Positions 26,836-39,590 of a DNA stretch of 64,000 bases are shown piece after piece. Source of the stretch: Octopus sinensis (Eukaryota). The position numbers and the translations under genes are program-made. The stretch is from contig NC_043002.1 in the NCBI RefSeq assembly GCF_006345805.1, forward strand, positions 48,732,001 to 48,796,000. Reading direction: 5' to 3'. How positions within the stretch are numbered: the stretch's first letter is position 1; each line of letters begins with the position of its first letter. The notes below the pieces were generated by a model. That model had not been told where the DNA came from. It did not search any database and saw only the letters and a list, made by a program, of their open reading frames with translations.

Positions 26836-26925
26836 AGCGTTCTCCAAGCGGAGGCGTCATTGATCGGGAATGATTTGTACTCGAACCCTCATCAGAGTTA
26901 GAACCTGGTGATGGTACACCTCCAC
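26836..26925 (-). CDS. trh: trh-like exon, PAS-A insert (SGGVPSPGSNSDEGSSTNHSRSMTPPLGER)
   Basis: Acceptor tttcttatAG, donor T|GTGAGT, 90 nt, phase 1/1 keeps frame. Resembles the SP-S--SD linker of trh. Confidence 0.85.
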
Positions 26926-27400
26926 CTATAAGAAAAAAATATAAATAAATAAATAAATAAATGAATAAATAATAAAAACAACAAATACAGGGAAGTTATG
27001 GTTGGAAGGCTGGAATGTCTTTCATCATAGATCTATTTATCAGGACTATTCTAGGACAACAGCAGCAATAATAGTTGTGATTATGAAAAATTAATTGATT
27101 AAAATGAGATATATAGAACTTTAAATTTTAAATGAAAACTACTAAAAATGTGACTGGACTATGAAAAAGCTTCTATGTGCTTGATAGAAGCCAATCTATT
27201 AATGGATTCAATACTAGAGCCTCTAAATGGCTATCTTTCAACCTGCTAGAAAGAGAACCAAATCTCCCTCAAACTACACTAGAAAAGAAGGATACATTGG
27301 GTGATGTGATCTTAGATATGCTAGGTTTCAGAGATAAAAAAAATGTGGTAGTCACAACTAGATCGTCTTGAAGCAAACCCTACCATCTTATAAAAAGACA

Positions 27401-27453
27401 CATTCAAGTACAAAATTTTCATGTAACCCTCTTACTTGGTGATGGACTCATAA
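27401..27453 (-). pseudogene. decayed partial copy of trh exon 25246-25355
   Basis: Ungapped 42/53 identity to 25297-25349; two CGA>TGA stops in the exon frame. Confidence 0.75.
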
Positions 27454-27882
27454 GCTTATGATGATAAGTCTGCTTGACAAGAGTGACCTTGGGCTATAAA
27501 CATTAACAACATCAATAATAGTAGGCAGCAGGAGCATTTTCATTATTAACAACCACTTTTTTATACTTTCAGTGCTGAGTTCAAGACCTTTGACGTAGCT
27601 GAAAATCACTAGATCTATTTATCAGGACTATTCTAGGACTGCAAAACAACAACAGCAATAATAGTTGTGATTATGAAAAATTAATTAATTAAAATGAGAT
27701 ATATAGAACTTTAAATTTTAAATGAAAACTACTGAAAATGTGACTGAGATTCTAAAATTGCTTAATATGACTACCGCAATGATAATTCTAGTGATAATTC
27801 TAGTGATAATTTAAACTTAGTGTTGTTATGAAAGAAGGCGGGAGGTTGTGGTGGGGGTGGGGAGAAAAGATAAGATACATAC

Positions 27883-27991
27883 TGTTGGATGTGCAGTTGT
27901 TCTGTGGAACACAAAGTCCTAACTGTTCCGACAATTCCCCATGATCTTGTTGGTGAATGTAATCAAAGATGCTGCTGCCAGTCATTTCAAC
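27883..27991 (-). CDS. trh: trachealess/NPAS1-3-like bHLH-PAS factor, first exon visible in window (PAS-A: VEMTGSSIFDYIHQQDHGELSEQLGL)
   Basis: Peptide matches the trh/NPAS3 VE(M/L)TGSS(I/V)FDY(I/V)H motif. Acceptor ttcaaAG, donor A|GTATGT, 109 nt, phase 0 in and 1 out. Confidence 0.93.
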
Positions 27992-29514
27992 CTTTGAAGA
28001 ATATAAACAATTGTAAGTATGGTACTGATCTAAAATTTCAAACATTAAAACAATAGAATTTCTACTGAAGAAAATGGTGAGAAAGATATTCAAAGCACAA
28101 CCTTCATCATCATCATCATCATCATCGTTTAGCGCCCGCTTTCTATGCTAGCATGGGTTGGACGGTTCAACTGGGGTCTGGGAAGCCAGAAGGCTGCACC
28201 AAGCCCAGTCTGATCTGGCAATGTTTCTACGCTGGATGCCCTTCCTAATGCCAACCACTCCGTGAGTGTAGTGGGTGCTTTTTACATGCCAGACGAGGCT
28301 GGCAAATGGCCATGGTCGGATGGTGCTTTTTACGTGCCGGTGGCACGTAAATATTATAGATAAATATTATAAATATTATAAATAAATAATTCAGTCTGAA
28401 TTAAAATATTGGCTTCAAATTTTGGCACAAGGCTAGCAATTTCAGGGGAGAGGGTAAATCAATTACATCAACCCCAGTGCTCAACTGGTACTTATTTTAT
28501 TGAGCATGAAAGGGTGAAAGGCACAGTTAACCTTGGTGGAATTTGAACTGAGAACTTTTGCTCAGTGTACTGCCAGCTTGCTGCCTTAGCCCTAATTAAA
28601 ATATTAATTAGCAAATCAACCTTGCACAAACACAAACACACACAGACACACACACACACACATGTGGGTGTATATTTCTGTCTAGGAATATCTAGTGTAT
28701 ATGAATTGCTGTGGTTGGCACTAAGAACTTGTTGGTGGTTAGGAAAGGCATACTTCTGTAGACACCACACCAAATTGTTGCAGGAGTTTGACATAGGCCT
28801 GCAGGTCATCGGGTTCTATCAAACTCATGCCAGCATGGAAAATGGCTATTAAATGATGATGATTACTTAAACTTATAATGATTGTCTCAAGCATGACACT
28901 TAATCTCACCACACATACACACACAAGGAACTTACATTCATACACATACACACACACACACTTATATATAGAAACATGCACATATACATACATAAAAAGA
29001 AACATGTCTGACATGTACACATTCATATATCTACACATACAAACACAGGCTTGTTTCACACATGCATACCATATCTGTTGCTAATCCACTATCTCTTAGC
29101 AGCTAGGTCTAGAAACTGACCAAAAATGATATTCCTCACCTCTTCCTCCTCACTTATTCTCCAGACCACATCTCTAAGGAACACCATAAATTCTAAAAAA
29201 TATTTCAGATACCCTTGCAATGGAGTTGTTCAACAACTTCAAAAACATTGCATTCAAACTTACCGATGTATCCAAATATACACACACACACACACTTAAG
29301 AGTACAAACATAAAACACACATACACTCACACAAGCACACATACACACATGCGCAAAGGCATACAAACATATAAAAGCAGACATCTAACATCTATATACT
29401 ATATTTGTCCCATTACTACTAACACCAATGATAACAACTGGAAATTTGACAACTCCCCTGCATAAGAACACCATGGTCAAATATTGCACATAACAAAACT
29501 TAGAAGTAACTGTC

Positions 29515-29915
29515 ACTCTTACTCATTTACTTGTTTCAGTCATTTGACTACGGCCATGCTGGAGCACCACCTTTAGTCGAGCAAATCGACCCCAGGACTT
29601 ATTCTTTGTAAGCCTAGTACTTATTCTATCGGTCTCTTTTGCTGAACTGCTAAGTTACGGGGATGTAAACACACCAGCATCGGTTGTCAAGCGATGTTGG
29701 GGGGACAAACACAGACACACACACACACACACACACATATACATATATACGATGGGCTTCTTTCAGTTTCTGTCTACCAAATCCACTCACAAGGCTTTGG
29801 TCGGCCTGAGGCTATAGTAGAAGACACTTGCCCAAGGTGCCATACAGTGGGACTGAACCCAGAACCATGTGGTTGGTAAGTAAGCTACTTACCACACAGC
29901 CACTCCTGCACCTAT
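29515..29915 (-). mobile_element. SINE family A, full copy
   Basis: Reverse complement aligns end to end with 2629-3044. Confidence 0.88.
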
Positions 29916-30534
29916 ATATGATATATAAAATCCTCCTCCTCCTCATCATCATCATCATCACTGTCGTCATTGTCATCATCATAGTCATGATTGTCATTAA
30001 CGTTGTTGTTTAAATGTCCCTTTTCCTGTTTGCATGGGTCAATTGAAATTTGTTGAGGTAGCTTTTCTATGGCCAGATGCTCTTCTTGTGGCCAACCCTG
30101 ACCAATTCCCAAGTGAGGCAATATTTCTCCATGGTCAGATATGGTTTTTCTTTCTTTTTCTGTTTTTGATAGTACTCATTTACAGCCATCATGTGACATA
30201 AGACATAAATGCACACACAAATACATACGCACAGGCATGCTCTATCTCCCCCACCCATATATAACATATATATTTTTATTTGATCAGCAGAAGTTACAAA
30301 GTGACATTGAGAGTTTCATGCATCAACACATACATCATCAAACCTAATATAAAGTATATGTACGAATGTGTGTGTGCGTGTGTTGGCATTAGGAAGGGCA
30401 TCCAGCAGTAGAAACATTACCAAATCAGACTAGAGCCTGGTGCAGCCTCCATGGCTGCCAGACCCTGGTCGAACCGTTCAACCCATGCTAGCATGGAAAA
30501 CGGACGTTAAATGATGATGATGATGATGATGATA

Positions 30535-31595
30535 TTCAGGGTGTGGTAAATAAATTGTTGTCTAAATCACACAAAAATGAAAATAACACTGACATCTCGT
30601 TTGAACAGATATATTTACTAGAATTACATTAAAATATCTTGAAATGCTAAAGAGTAAATTTATTCAATAAAATCGCCATTGGTTTCAACTACGGTCTCCA
30701 GACGACTTTGGAATCTCCTGTAACTCTTCTGGAGTGGAGGCGCAATGGCCCAGTGGTTAGGGCAGCGGACTCGCGGTCATAGGATCGCGGTTTCGATTCC
30801 CAGACCGGGCGTTGTGAGTGTTTATTGAGCGAAAACACCTAAAGCTCCACGAGGCTCCGGCAGGGGATGGTGGTGATCCCTGCTGTACTCTTTCACCACA
30901 ACTTTTTCTCACTCTTACTTCCTGTTTCTGTTGTACCTGCATTTCAAAGGGCCGGCCTTGTCACTCTCTGTGTCACGCTGAATATTCCCGAGGGTACACG
31001 TGTCTGTGGAGTGCTCAGCCACTTACACGTTAATTTCACGAGCAGGATGTTCCGTTGATTCGGATCAACCGGAACCCTCGTCGTCGTACCCGACGGAGTG
31101 CTTCCAACCAACTCTTCTGGACAGTCTCCTTGTTTAAGTTGGTGAATGCTGCCATAATCCTTGCCTTCAGTTCGTTTTTGGTGTTACGAGGAGTTTTGTT
31201 CGTCTCTCGCTCAACTGCACCCCACACATAATAATCAAGGAGGTTGCAGTCTGGGGAGTTAGGTGGTCAAATGTTAGGGATGATGTAGTCGCAGAAATTG
31301 TCATGACTAGGTTCTCCTGCTTATGTGGCATGTTGATGTAGGCCTCTGTATCGAGTTTGAGGCCGCGTGGGAAGATAGATGGAAGCATAACGTCGCCATC
31401 ACTAGTGATCACTCCAAACACCATGATGTTGACTGGATGGTTGATTTTTATCCCTCTCGGTACATATTGCATCCGTAGATTTCTACCGAAACAACAGGCA
31501 AATGAAGCCCTCACCAGAAAACACGTCATGCTAAAAATAACAGCTAAAGGTCTGGTACACAGAAATATGTTATTATGACGACTTATCTGTGGCAT
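30535..31595 (-). mobile_element. internally deleted Tc1/mariner-superfamily element, interrupted by a SINE
   Basis: Minus-strand fragments HPVNIMVFGVITSDG, NSPDCNLLDYYVWGAVERETNK..LKARI. Terminus TA-ttcagggtgtgg at 30533; far end approximate. Confidence 0.8.
30734..31109 (+). mobile_element. full-length, young-looking tRNA-derived SINE with 12-bp TSD
   Basis: A box TGGCCCAGTGG, B-box-like GGTTTCGATTCC, CpGs retained. Direct repeat AACTCTTCTGGA at 30722-30733 and 31110-31121. Confidence 0.9.
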
Positions 31596-32411
31596 ACGAT
31601 TTTTCCCCCTCTTTAAGTAAATTCCCAGGTAAACGTTTCTAATAGGCAGAAGACACCAGAAGCAAAAATAAGGAATATACACGCACAGTTAAATATAGAA
31701 GTGTAAATTATAATTTGTTACATAATCTCTATAATAAACATAACATTGAATGGAATAAGTACCCGTTTGAACTTTTAAAATTGTGTGTGTGTGTGTGTGT
31801 GTGTGTGTTAGAAATCTATGGATGCACAAACGCACAAAACGAGAAAATGAAACAAATATGGACGACTTGTTCCGAAACACCCTCGAGAGGGGAACAGTTC
31901 TCAAAAATAACCCCCAATTGTTTTCTTATGTCTTCGGAATCTACATAGTCCGAGGTAGGATATTTGTAGAGAATTTCATTGAAAAATATCTATTTTCCTG
32001 AAAGTTAAGACGAATTAAAGTGCACTCCAGTGAATGTTCCGAAATCCCCACCTCCTAAAACACACTTTTCTCAAAATTTTATATATTCAGAATCTACATC
32101 ATATAACGCATATTCATAGAAAATTAAAATTTCATTGAAAAATACTCATTTCTCTGAAAGTTATGATTATCCAAGGTGGGGTGGGGGCAGAAATCTGTAG
32201 TTATGCCTATACACACACACACACACACACACACACGATGGGATTCTTTCAGTAACTTTTTACCTAAAGTTGTAGGTGGTGCCATGCAGTAGGACTGAAC
32301 CCGAAACCACGTGTTTGGATAGCAAAATTTTTAGCCATGCCAATATATTATTACATAATATTATCTATAATTGTTATGTTCATGTATTTATTTTGCAATA
32401 TTATACATTTT

Positions 32412-32803
32412 GGCGATCTTTCGTCTCTAGTAGACCTTTCCGTCGATTTCCGTAAAAAAATTTTTTTTTCTTACATATGGGCTTGCGGGAACTTTTGAAG
32501 TAATATACATACATATACACATACACCGAGTAAAAAATTTCAGTTATCTCTTTCTTTCACTCATACTAACAGAAGCACTTCACTTACACAACATACTGTC
32601 TGTCTCCCACACCCCATCAAACACTCACACACATGTACATCAATGCTTCGGTAAGTTCAAAAGAACTTCCCTCGTCATACAATCGCTTTCTCTTAGTCTC
32701 TTTCGCTCTCATTACTTCAAAAGTTCCCGCAAGCCCATATGTAAAAAAAAAAAAAATTTTTACGGAAATCGACGGAAAGGTCTACTAGAGACGAAAGATT
32801 GCC
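32412..32803. mobile_element. non-autonomous DNA transposon (MITE), Merlin-like
   Basis: About 93-bp TIRs (32412-32504, 32711-32803) starting GGCGA/GGCAA. Perfect 8-bp TSD TACATTTT at 32404-32411 and 32804-32811. Confidence 0.85.
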
Positions 32804-33582
32804 TACATTTTTATATACTACATTATTTTATGTTTTATATAGTTCATCGTATATTTCATGTTACATCACACTTCTGTACACCAGGTCACGTTGATCTTAA
32901 TCTGCCCCGAACGTACGTTAAAGGAATTATGAGCATCACCCAAATGCAATTATCTCCCTTTGACCATAAATATCGATGAAGTCACCTTCCCAAGTCTACA
33001 TTTGAAATCAAAATTTATAGACCCCCAGTCATCTTCATTTACAAATTTACCTAGTCATAGATAATTTCTACCTTAGCTTGAATGTCAAAGCCACTTAAAG
33101 GTGGATGATATGTATATATATTATCATTAGAAGATGGAGTAAGTTGTTTCGGAAAATACACACGGTTTAGCTTTGTTTCTTCATATCTTTCAGGAAAATG
33201 AATAGTTTTAAACGAAATTTTCTACAATTTCCTTTCAGAATGTGTAGATTGCGATTAAATCGTTTTATTATTTAAAAAATAAAATTGGTGGACTTGTATG
33301 TATTTTTTCGAAATTTCAAGTCAATATGTATGTGTACCTTTCCACCAATAAATTTTTTCATATTAAATTTCGATATAACCGTAATCTATAGATTCTGTGA
33401 GGTATATGTATAAAATCTTATAAAAAAATTTACCTATTTTTTCTGAAAGATAAGAAATAAAGCCAACTCATGGGAATTTTTCGAAACTCCTCACCCGCTA
33501 TTCAGAAAAAAAACAAAAAAAAAAAAACTTTTTCACTACAAATTCCAATATAATCAGAGTCTACACCATCTGGAGCGTATTT

Positions 33583-33980
33583 ACTCTTTTTACTCTTTTA
33601 CTTGTTTCAGTCATTTGACTGCGGCCATGCTGGAGCACCGCCTTTAGTCGAGCAAATCGACCCCGGGACTTATTCTTTGTAAGCCCAGTACTTATTCTAT
33701 CGGTCTCTTTTGCCGAACCGCTAAGTGACGGGGACGTAAACACACCAGCATCGGTTGTCAAGCAATGCTAGGGGGACAAACACAGACACACAAACACACA
33801 CATACATATATATACATATATACGACAGGCTTCTTTCAGTTTCCGTCTACCAAATTCACTCACAAGGCATTGGTCGGCCCGGGGCTATAGCAGAAGACAC
33901 TTGCCCAAGATGCCACGCAGTGGGACTGAACCCGGAACCATGTGGTTGGTTAGCAAGCTACTTACCACACAGCCACATGC
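33583..33980 (-). mobile_element. SINE family A, full and CpG-rich (young) copy
   Basis: Reverse complement aligns end to end with 2629-3044. Confidence 0.88.
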
Positions 33981-34824
33981 CTACATATATCGTGTAGGTC
34001 ATTTAAAAAAGCCATGTTTTCTCATTCATAATTCACATGCCTTTTACGAGGTCTTCACACAGACGGAAACAAGTAAAAGACTAAGTTTGTGTTGTAACAT
34101 AGGAATCCATACGATTATGCAAAAACAAGCAAGGCGTTTTTGCGTGTGATTTAAGAGCTATTTAGCTGTTATTTTTAGCATCTCTCATGACCACCTGATA
34201 CTCTCCTCAGTTCTTTGTTACCGGTGTATTGATGATTTTCAATATCTTTCTCCGTATGAACACATTAATTGGTCTACAGGTGGGATTTAAGCAATTAATT
34301 TAGTCTATGCATATTTTAAACTGTGATTTAAAAACAAAATTCGAAAAATTAAAAAGTTTTTTAAAATTTCACAAAATTAATAAGAAATTTTTTTCCTGAT
34401 AGTCATATGAATTCCTGTATGTAGAATACAAATTTTCAAAAATTTTCTGAAAATACTCCAAAATAAAGTTATGAAGGGTTTTATGGAGTGCTTAAAACAG
34501 AATTTCACCCTTTAGAGTTAAGACCCAATGGTTTATACCGTCAAAGACACTGATAATCTGGTGGAACATTGGCAAGAAGTGAACAATAAAGGAGAATGTA
34601 TTACTTGACTAATTTGGTAAAATTGTTGATGAAATATATGGATAAAAATAAATGGAAAATGAACGAATTTATCTGACAACTCAATATGTATATATGTATG
34701 TAATTTACAAAATTATTTCCACCATAGCAGGAGACACTATCCTATGACATTTAGTTATGTTAAGTTCAAATTCCATTCAAACCGACCTTGCATTTTGTTG
34801 TTTCTATGTTAATATAAATATGTA

Positions 34825-35220
34825 AGGCAGCAAGCTGGCAGAAACGTTAGCATGCTGGGGAAAATGCTTAGCGGTATTTCGTCTGTCTTTATGTTCTGAG
34901 TTCAAATTCTTCAGAAGTTGACTTTGCCTTTCATCCTTTCAGGGCCAATAAAGTACCAGTTACGCACTGGGGTCAATGTAATTGGCTTAATCCGTTTGTC
35001 TGTCCTTGTTTGTCCCCTCTGTGTTTAGCTCCTTGTGGATAGTAAAGAAATAGGTATTTCGTCTGTCTTTATGTTCTGAGTTCAAATTCCTCCAAGGTTG
35101 ACTTTGCCTTTCATCCTTTCAGGGCCAATAAATTAAGTACCAGTTGTGAACTGGGTCGATCTAATTGACTGACCCCCTCTCTCCCCCAAAATTTCGGGCC
35201 TTGTGCCTAGAGTAGAAAAG
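34825..35220 (+). mobile_element. SINE family B (Deu/Nin-like core GCCTTTCATCCTTTC.GGGTCGATAAA), dimeric copy
   Basis: Head AAGGCGGCGAGCTGGCAGAA. Other copies near 12960-13370, 25870-26080, 28410-28600, 35395-35605, 38075-38285, 43175-43390, 47150-47370, 48080-48570, 48735-48950, 61675-61900. Deu/Nin label is from remembered motif similarity. Confidence 0.8.
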
Positions 35221-38200
35221 ATTATATGTTGTAGAATGAAGTTGCTGAGGAAAAATCTTTCTGTTTTCTCTCCAAAATAGTTTCATAATACATCTGTTTT
35301 TCTTCCTCTCACAAGCAATCTTAATTAAAATAATTCCATATGAAATGCACAGAAGTTTTTTCTCCACTCAAGCTAAATACCTTTTTAATACTTATTTCTT
35401 TACTACCCACAAGGGGATAAACACAGAGAGGATAAACAAGGACAGACAAACGGATTAAGTCGATTACATCGACCCCAGTGCGTAACTGGTACTTAATTTA
35501 TCGACCCCGAAAGGATGAAAGGCGGAATTTGAACTCAGAATGTAGCGACGGGTGAAATACCGCTAAGCATTTCGGCCAGCGTGCTAACAATTCTGCCAGC
35601 TCACCTTTAATACCAACCTGCCTGAGACCACCCCTGGTTCTATGATATAAAACTTCCTCTTTAAAGTAAAATTAAAATCAAAACCTCTTAAAATTGCATG
35701 TTAATTTTATGTTCCAAACACCATCTTAATAGTGACAAAGTTATTTTGCTAAGATCTCGTTCTTTTGAAAATTAACTGAAATAGCAATTGTATATATCAG
35801 CAATTATGGTGACAAAAGGGTCGTACAATTTTAAGACACTCTTTTTGGGTGATTCAGTATTTAACGACATATTTTCTTTACATTGTTGGGGTTTGTCATT
35901 TTAAATCTCTTACAGAGTTCTAATGGAATTTCTTTCATTTTGAATGTATTCCTTATTGGAAATTTCTGCAATGTCTAGCAGACAGGTAATGTAGACTCAG
36001 TGAATCCATGTAACCAAATATTGCATAGAATAAATACTATGGTCTTTGACATTCATGGGTTACCTGTGACATGCAGGACTTTCTGAATGGCATGCCTAAT
36101 GAAAAATTACTATGAATTTTTTTTTTTTTGTAGTGGGGCATACTTGATGAGCCGTGTCTCACGTAGCATGTTAATCATGAAAGGTTGTCTATGTCTGATT
36201 TAGGAACACATTAAAGATCTGTGAACTACCTTCAAAGTATTCAATCAGGTCTGTCCTTCTCAGGTCTGTCTGTCTGTCTATTTATCTATCTATCCATGCA
36301 AAACTGATTAAGTTATGCAACAACAGTAACAACTTCACTAAGAAAGAATATTGGAAGCTTGACCAGGTTTCTATTAATTTATTATTTAAAAACATAAAAA
36401 ACTCAAGTAATTAATTCGTAAACTAATTTTTTGGGGCACCTTTTCATTTTTAAAAATCCTCAATAAAAAGCTGAAGAATTAATTAAACTAATCAAGAAAA
36501 AGGAAGCTATTAGAAAACAGAATTTTATGAAAGAAATGAATATTCTAAGAATTGCAATAGTCTATAATGGAATCCTTTCAATTGACAGTTTAATTCTTGG
36601 AAACTGTAGCTATGAATACAACATTTGCATTTCATAGAGGAATAGCTAAATAGATATTTCATATATTTTCATTAGAATGAACTCATTTGAGAAGGTATGC
36701 TCTTTAAAATTATTATCATTAGTATTATTATTATTTTTCCTGTAAAATATTGGCAAATAATCTTATTTCATTTTCTTCATGTTTCAAAACAAAAGACCAT
36801 ACCTATTCATAGAAACTAAACAAACTGTATCTTTATTCAATTCATATGAAGTAAAACATGATATTAAAAACAGAATATCCATCCTATTTTCTTAGAAATG
36901 TCAAAAATATTTCATTAAAGCTGAGTAAATTAGCATTCAAGGCTGATTCCAGAAATGAAATAAAAGATTTCCTTAAGAAGAAATTGTTAGAACAAGAGAA
37001 AGATTTCATGAGAGAAATAGGTTTTGCTTTGCTTGGACCATTCTGATGTGATTCATAAGGCTGTGTATGCATTTAATAAATACATAATCTGAATTAACTC
37101 CCCACCCCCCATCCCCTGAATATTAAAAAAATTAGAGATTTATAAAAGTTATAGATATATATATTTGGATAGATCATCATCATCATTATAATTTTAAGAT
37201 GCGCCAAACAACTAAAATGTAATGGCAGAGGACTGTTTTATATTAAATCTAAATACTACATAAAATCTGTTTTATTGGAAAATTCTTTTAATGAAGTTAA
37301 AAAAGTATTCCTCATCAGGTTATCAAGAAAGAAAATTTAGATAATTATTGTTAAAATATTATTATTTGAATTAGGAATTAAATTTAAATTTATTGGGAAA
37401 AATTATGCTGGGAATCTTATGGTTTTATATGCATCTAATGAATATAAAATTAATAAAAGAACTGAATATTTTAAAAACTGAAAATATAGATCTGTTGAAA
37501 ATACAGATATTTATTTGGGTAGTTATATACATTGATAATTTAGTGATATTTCACATAAAATACAATTAGTAAAATTAAAATAATATGGATCTTGGTCAGA
37601 ATTTCCAGCCATGAGTGTTTGGTTGTTTCATCAACTAAATTAGCTGACTAATTGCATTAGCATGCAAGTGATAGAGTATGTCTCAGATACATGTACCTGT
37701 AAGTAAATCTAAGTCACTTTGACAAAGTTGACTAGACTGGACCTTTGCACTACTGGTACAATCCATTCAAAGGGCTTCTATATAATTTACACCTACCCAA
37801 TTTCACTTGCAAGCTATGGTTTATAAGGCATCTATAGAAAATGGCATCTGTCCAAGATACCATGTGTAGGATTTGAAAGTAGAACCTTGTGATTGCAAAG
37901 CAATATTCTTAACCATCTAGCCATATTGTGCTTACTCATTTGGTACAATAGCTTCTGTGGAAATGAATAAATGATTTTGTTACGCACAATTAGATTTATA
38001 AGTTTATAGATTTTTCTCATCTAAGAAGGCAAAAATATCTTTCTAAGTAAAACATTACTTCTTAGAACTAGGAAAGGCAGCGAGCTGGCAGAAACATTAG
38101 CATGCCGGGCAAAATGCTTAAGGGTATTTCGTCTGCTGCTACGTTCTGAGTTCAAATTCTGCCGAGGTCGACTTTGCCTTTCGGGGTCGATAAATTAATT

Positions 38201-39544
38201 ACCAGTTATGCACTGGGGTCGATGTCATCCCTTTGTTTGTCCTCTCTATGTTTAGCCCCTTGTGGGCAATAAAGAAATAAGAACTAGGAGAGGTTCTTGG
38301 TGAATAGGAAGAAACAAATTGTTTTACTCAAGGACACACAAAATATCTGAAGAATTCATTGTTTAACAACATCTCTGGTTTATTTGTGTTCTGTATCTTC
38401 CTCTCAGACTTTACATTCTAAGATTTATAACCATTACATCCTTTAATTTGTATTTCTCATGGTATATTGTTTTTTCAACTAATTTTGTCACAGCTAGTCT
38501 TTTAAGTTGCACATTAAAGATTTTATGATTAGTTTATTTTCATCACTTTCAAAACTTTTCGCTATCCCAAACATAGTTAAAGCAAAAATGTTTTATAATA
38601 ATTATAATATAATATTTAAAGTTTAAATCAGCAGAAAAATGGCTTTAGGCATCTCCAATATAATTTAGCCCTCATTTTCTATGTTGGCATGGGCTGGATG
38701 ACTTGACAGTGCCCAGAAAGCTGCAGGGCTTTGTCCAACTCCAATGTTAGCTTTGGCATAAATTCTATGGCTAGATGCCCTTCCAAGTGCCAACCACTTT
38801 TTAGTGTGTACTGGGCACATTTTTTCATGCCAACAATACTAGTAAGGTTACCAAGTAAGGCCAGAAAAGAACAAGAAGAAAGTAAAAAAGACCTCTTGAA
38901 TAAGTAAGGAGGTAGTATTTGAGAAGCCTGGGACTTGATCAACCCTGGCAGGGTCAACTGGGTGCAGGAGGAATCTTTTAGTGAAAGCCCAAAATCTCCT
39001 GAGACCCCAGAAACATCAATGATGATGCATCCCAGAGCATCTGTGAAATGTATCATGGAAATGAACAGTTCTAAATGATAAAGTAAATGGCTAAGAGTTT
39101 TGACAACAAAATTTATAAGATTTATATTAGACATACTGAGTGTTGAAAAAATCTTTTGACCCTTTCGTTACTATATTTATTTTGAGATGCTCTGTTTTTC
39201 TTTCAGTTGCCTTAACTATAACAAAGAATTTAGTAAAATAACTTAGTTATCATTCAGCTAGTGTTAGGAACATAAACATTGGTGAAGATGCTGCTGCCAT
39301 GTAAAGAGTACTGGTGCCACTTAAAAATCACTAGTGATGGTGCATGTGAAAAGCACTTAGTACACGCTGTGGAGTGGTTGGTATTAGGAAGGGCATCCAG
39401 TCTTAGAAACTGAAATGGAGTATGGAACCTAGTATAGGTCTTGCCCTTGCCAGTTCCTGTCAAGCCATTCAGCCCATGCCAGCATGGAAAACGAATGTTA
39501 AATGTTGATGATGACAACTATGTATATATATATATATATATTAT

Positions 39545-39586
<42 letters not shown>

Positions 39587-39590
<4 letters not shown>

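Noticed and set aside
30734-30810. tRNA-like sequence with A and B boxes
   Set aside because: No complete cloverleaf, and it continues into a SINE body with a TSD: a SINE head, not a tRNA gene.
37640-37710. Minus-strand VSETYSI resembling the missing ISETVSIYLGLSQ exon
   Set aside because: No flanking similarity (no DGF, no LGLSQ) and no matching donor; likewise 55320-55360 and 34600-34660.
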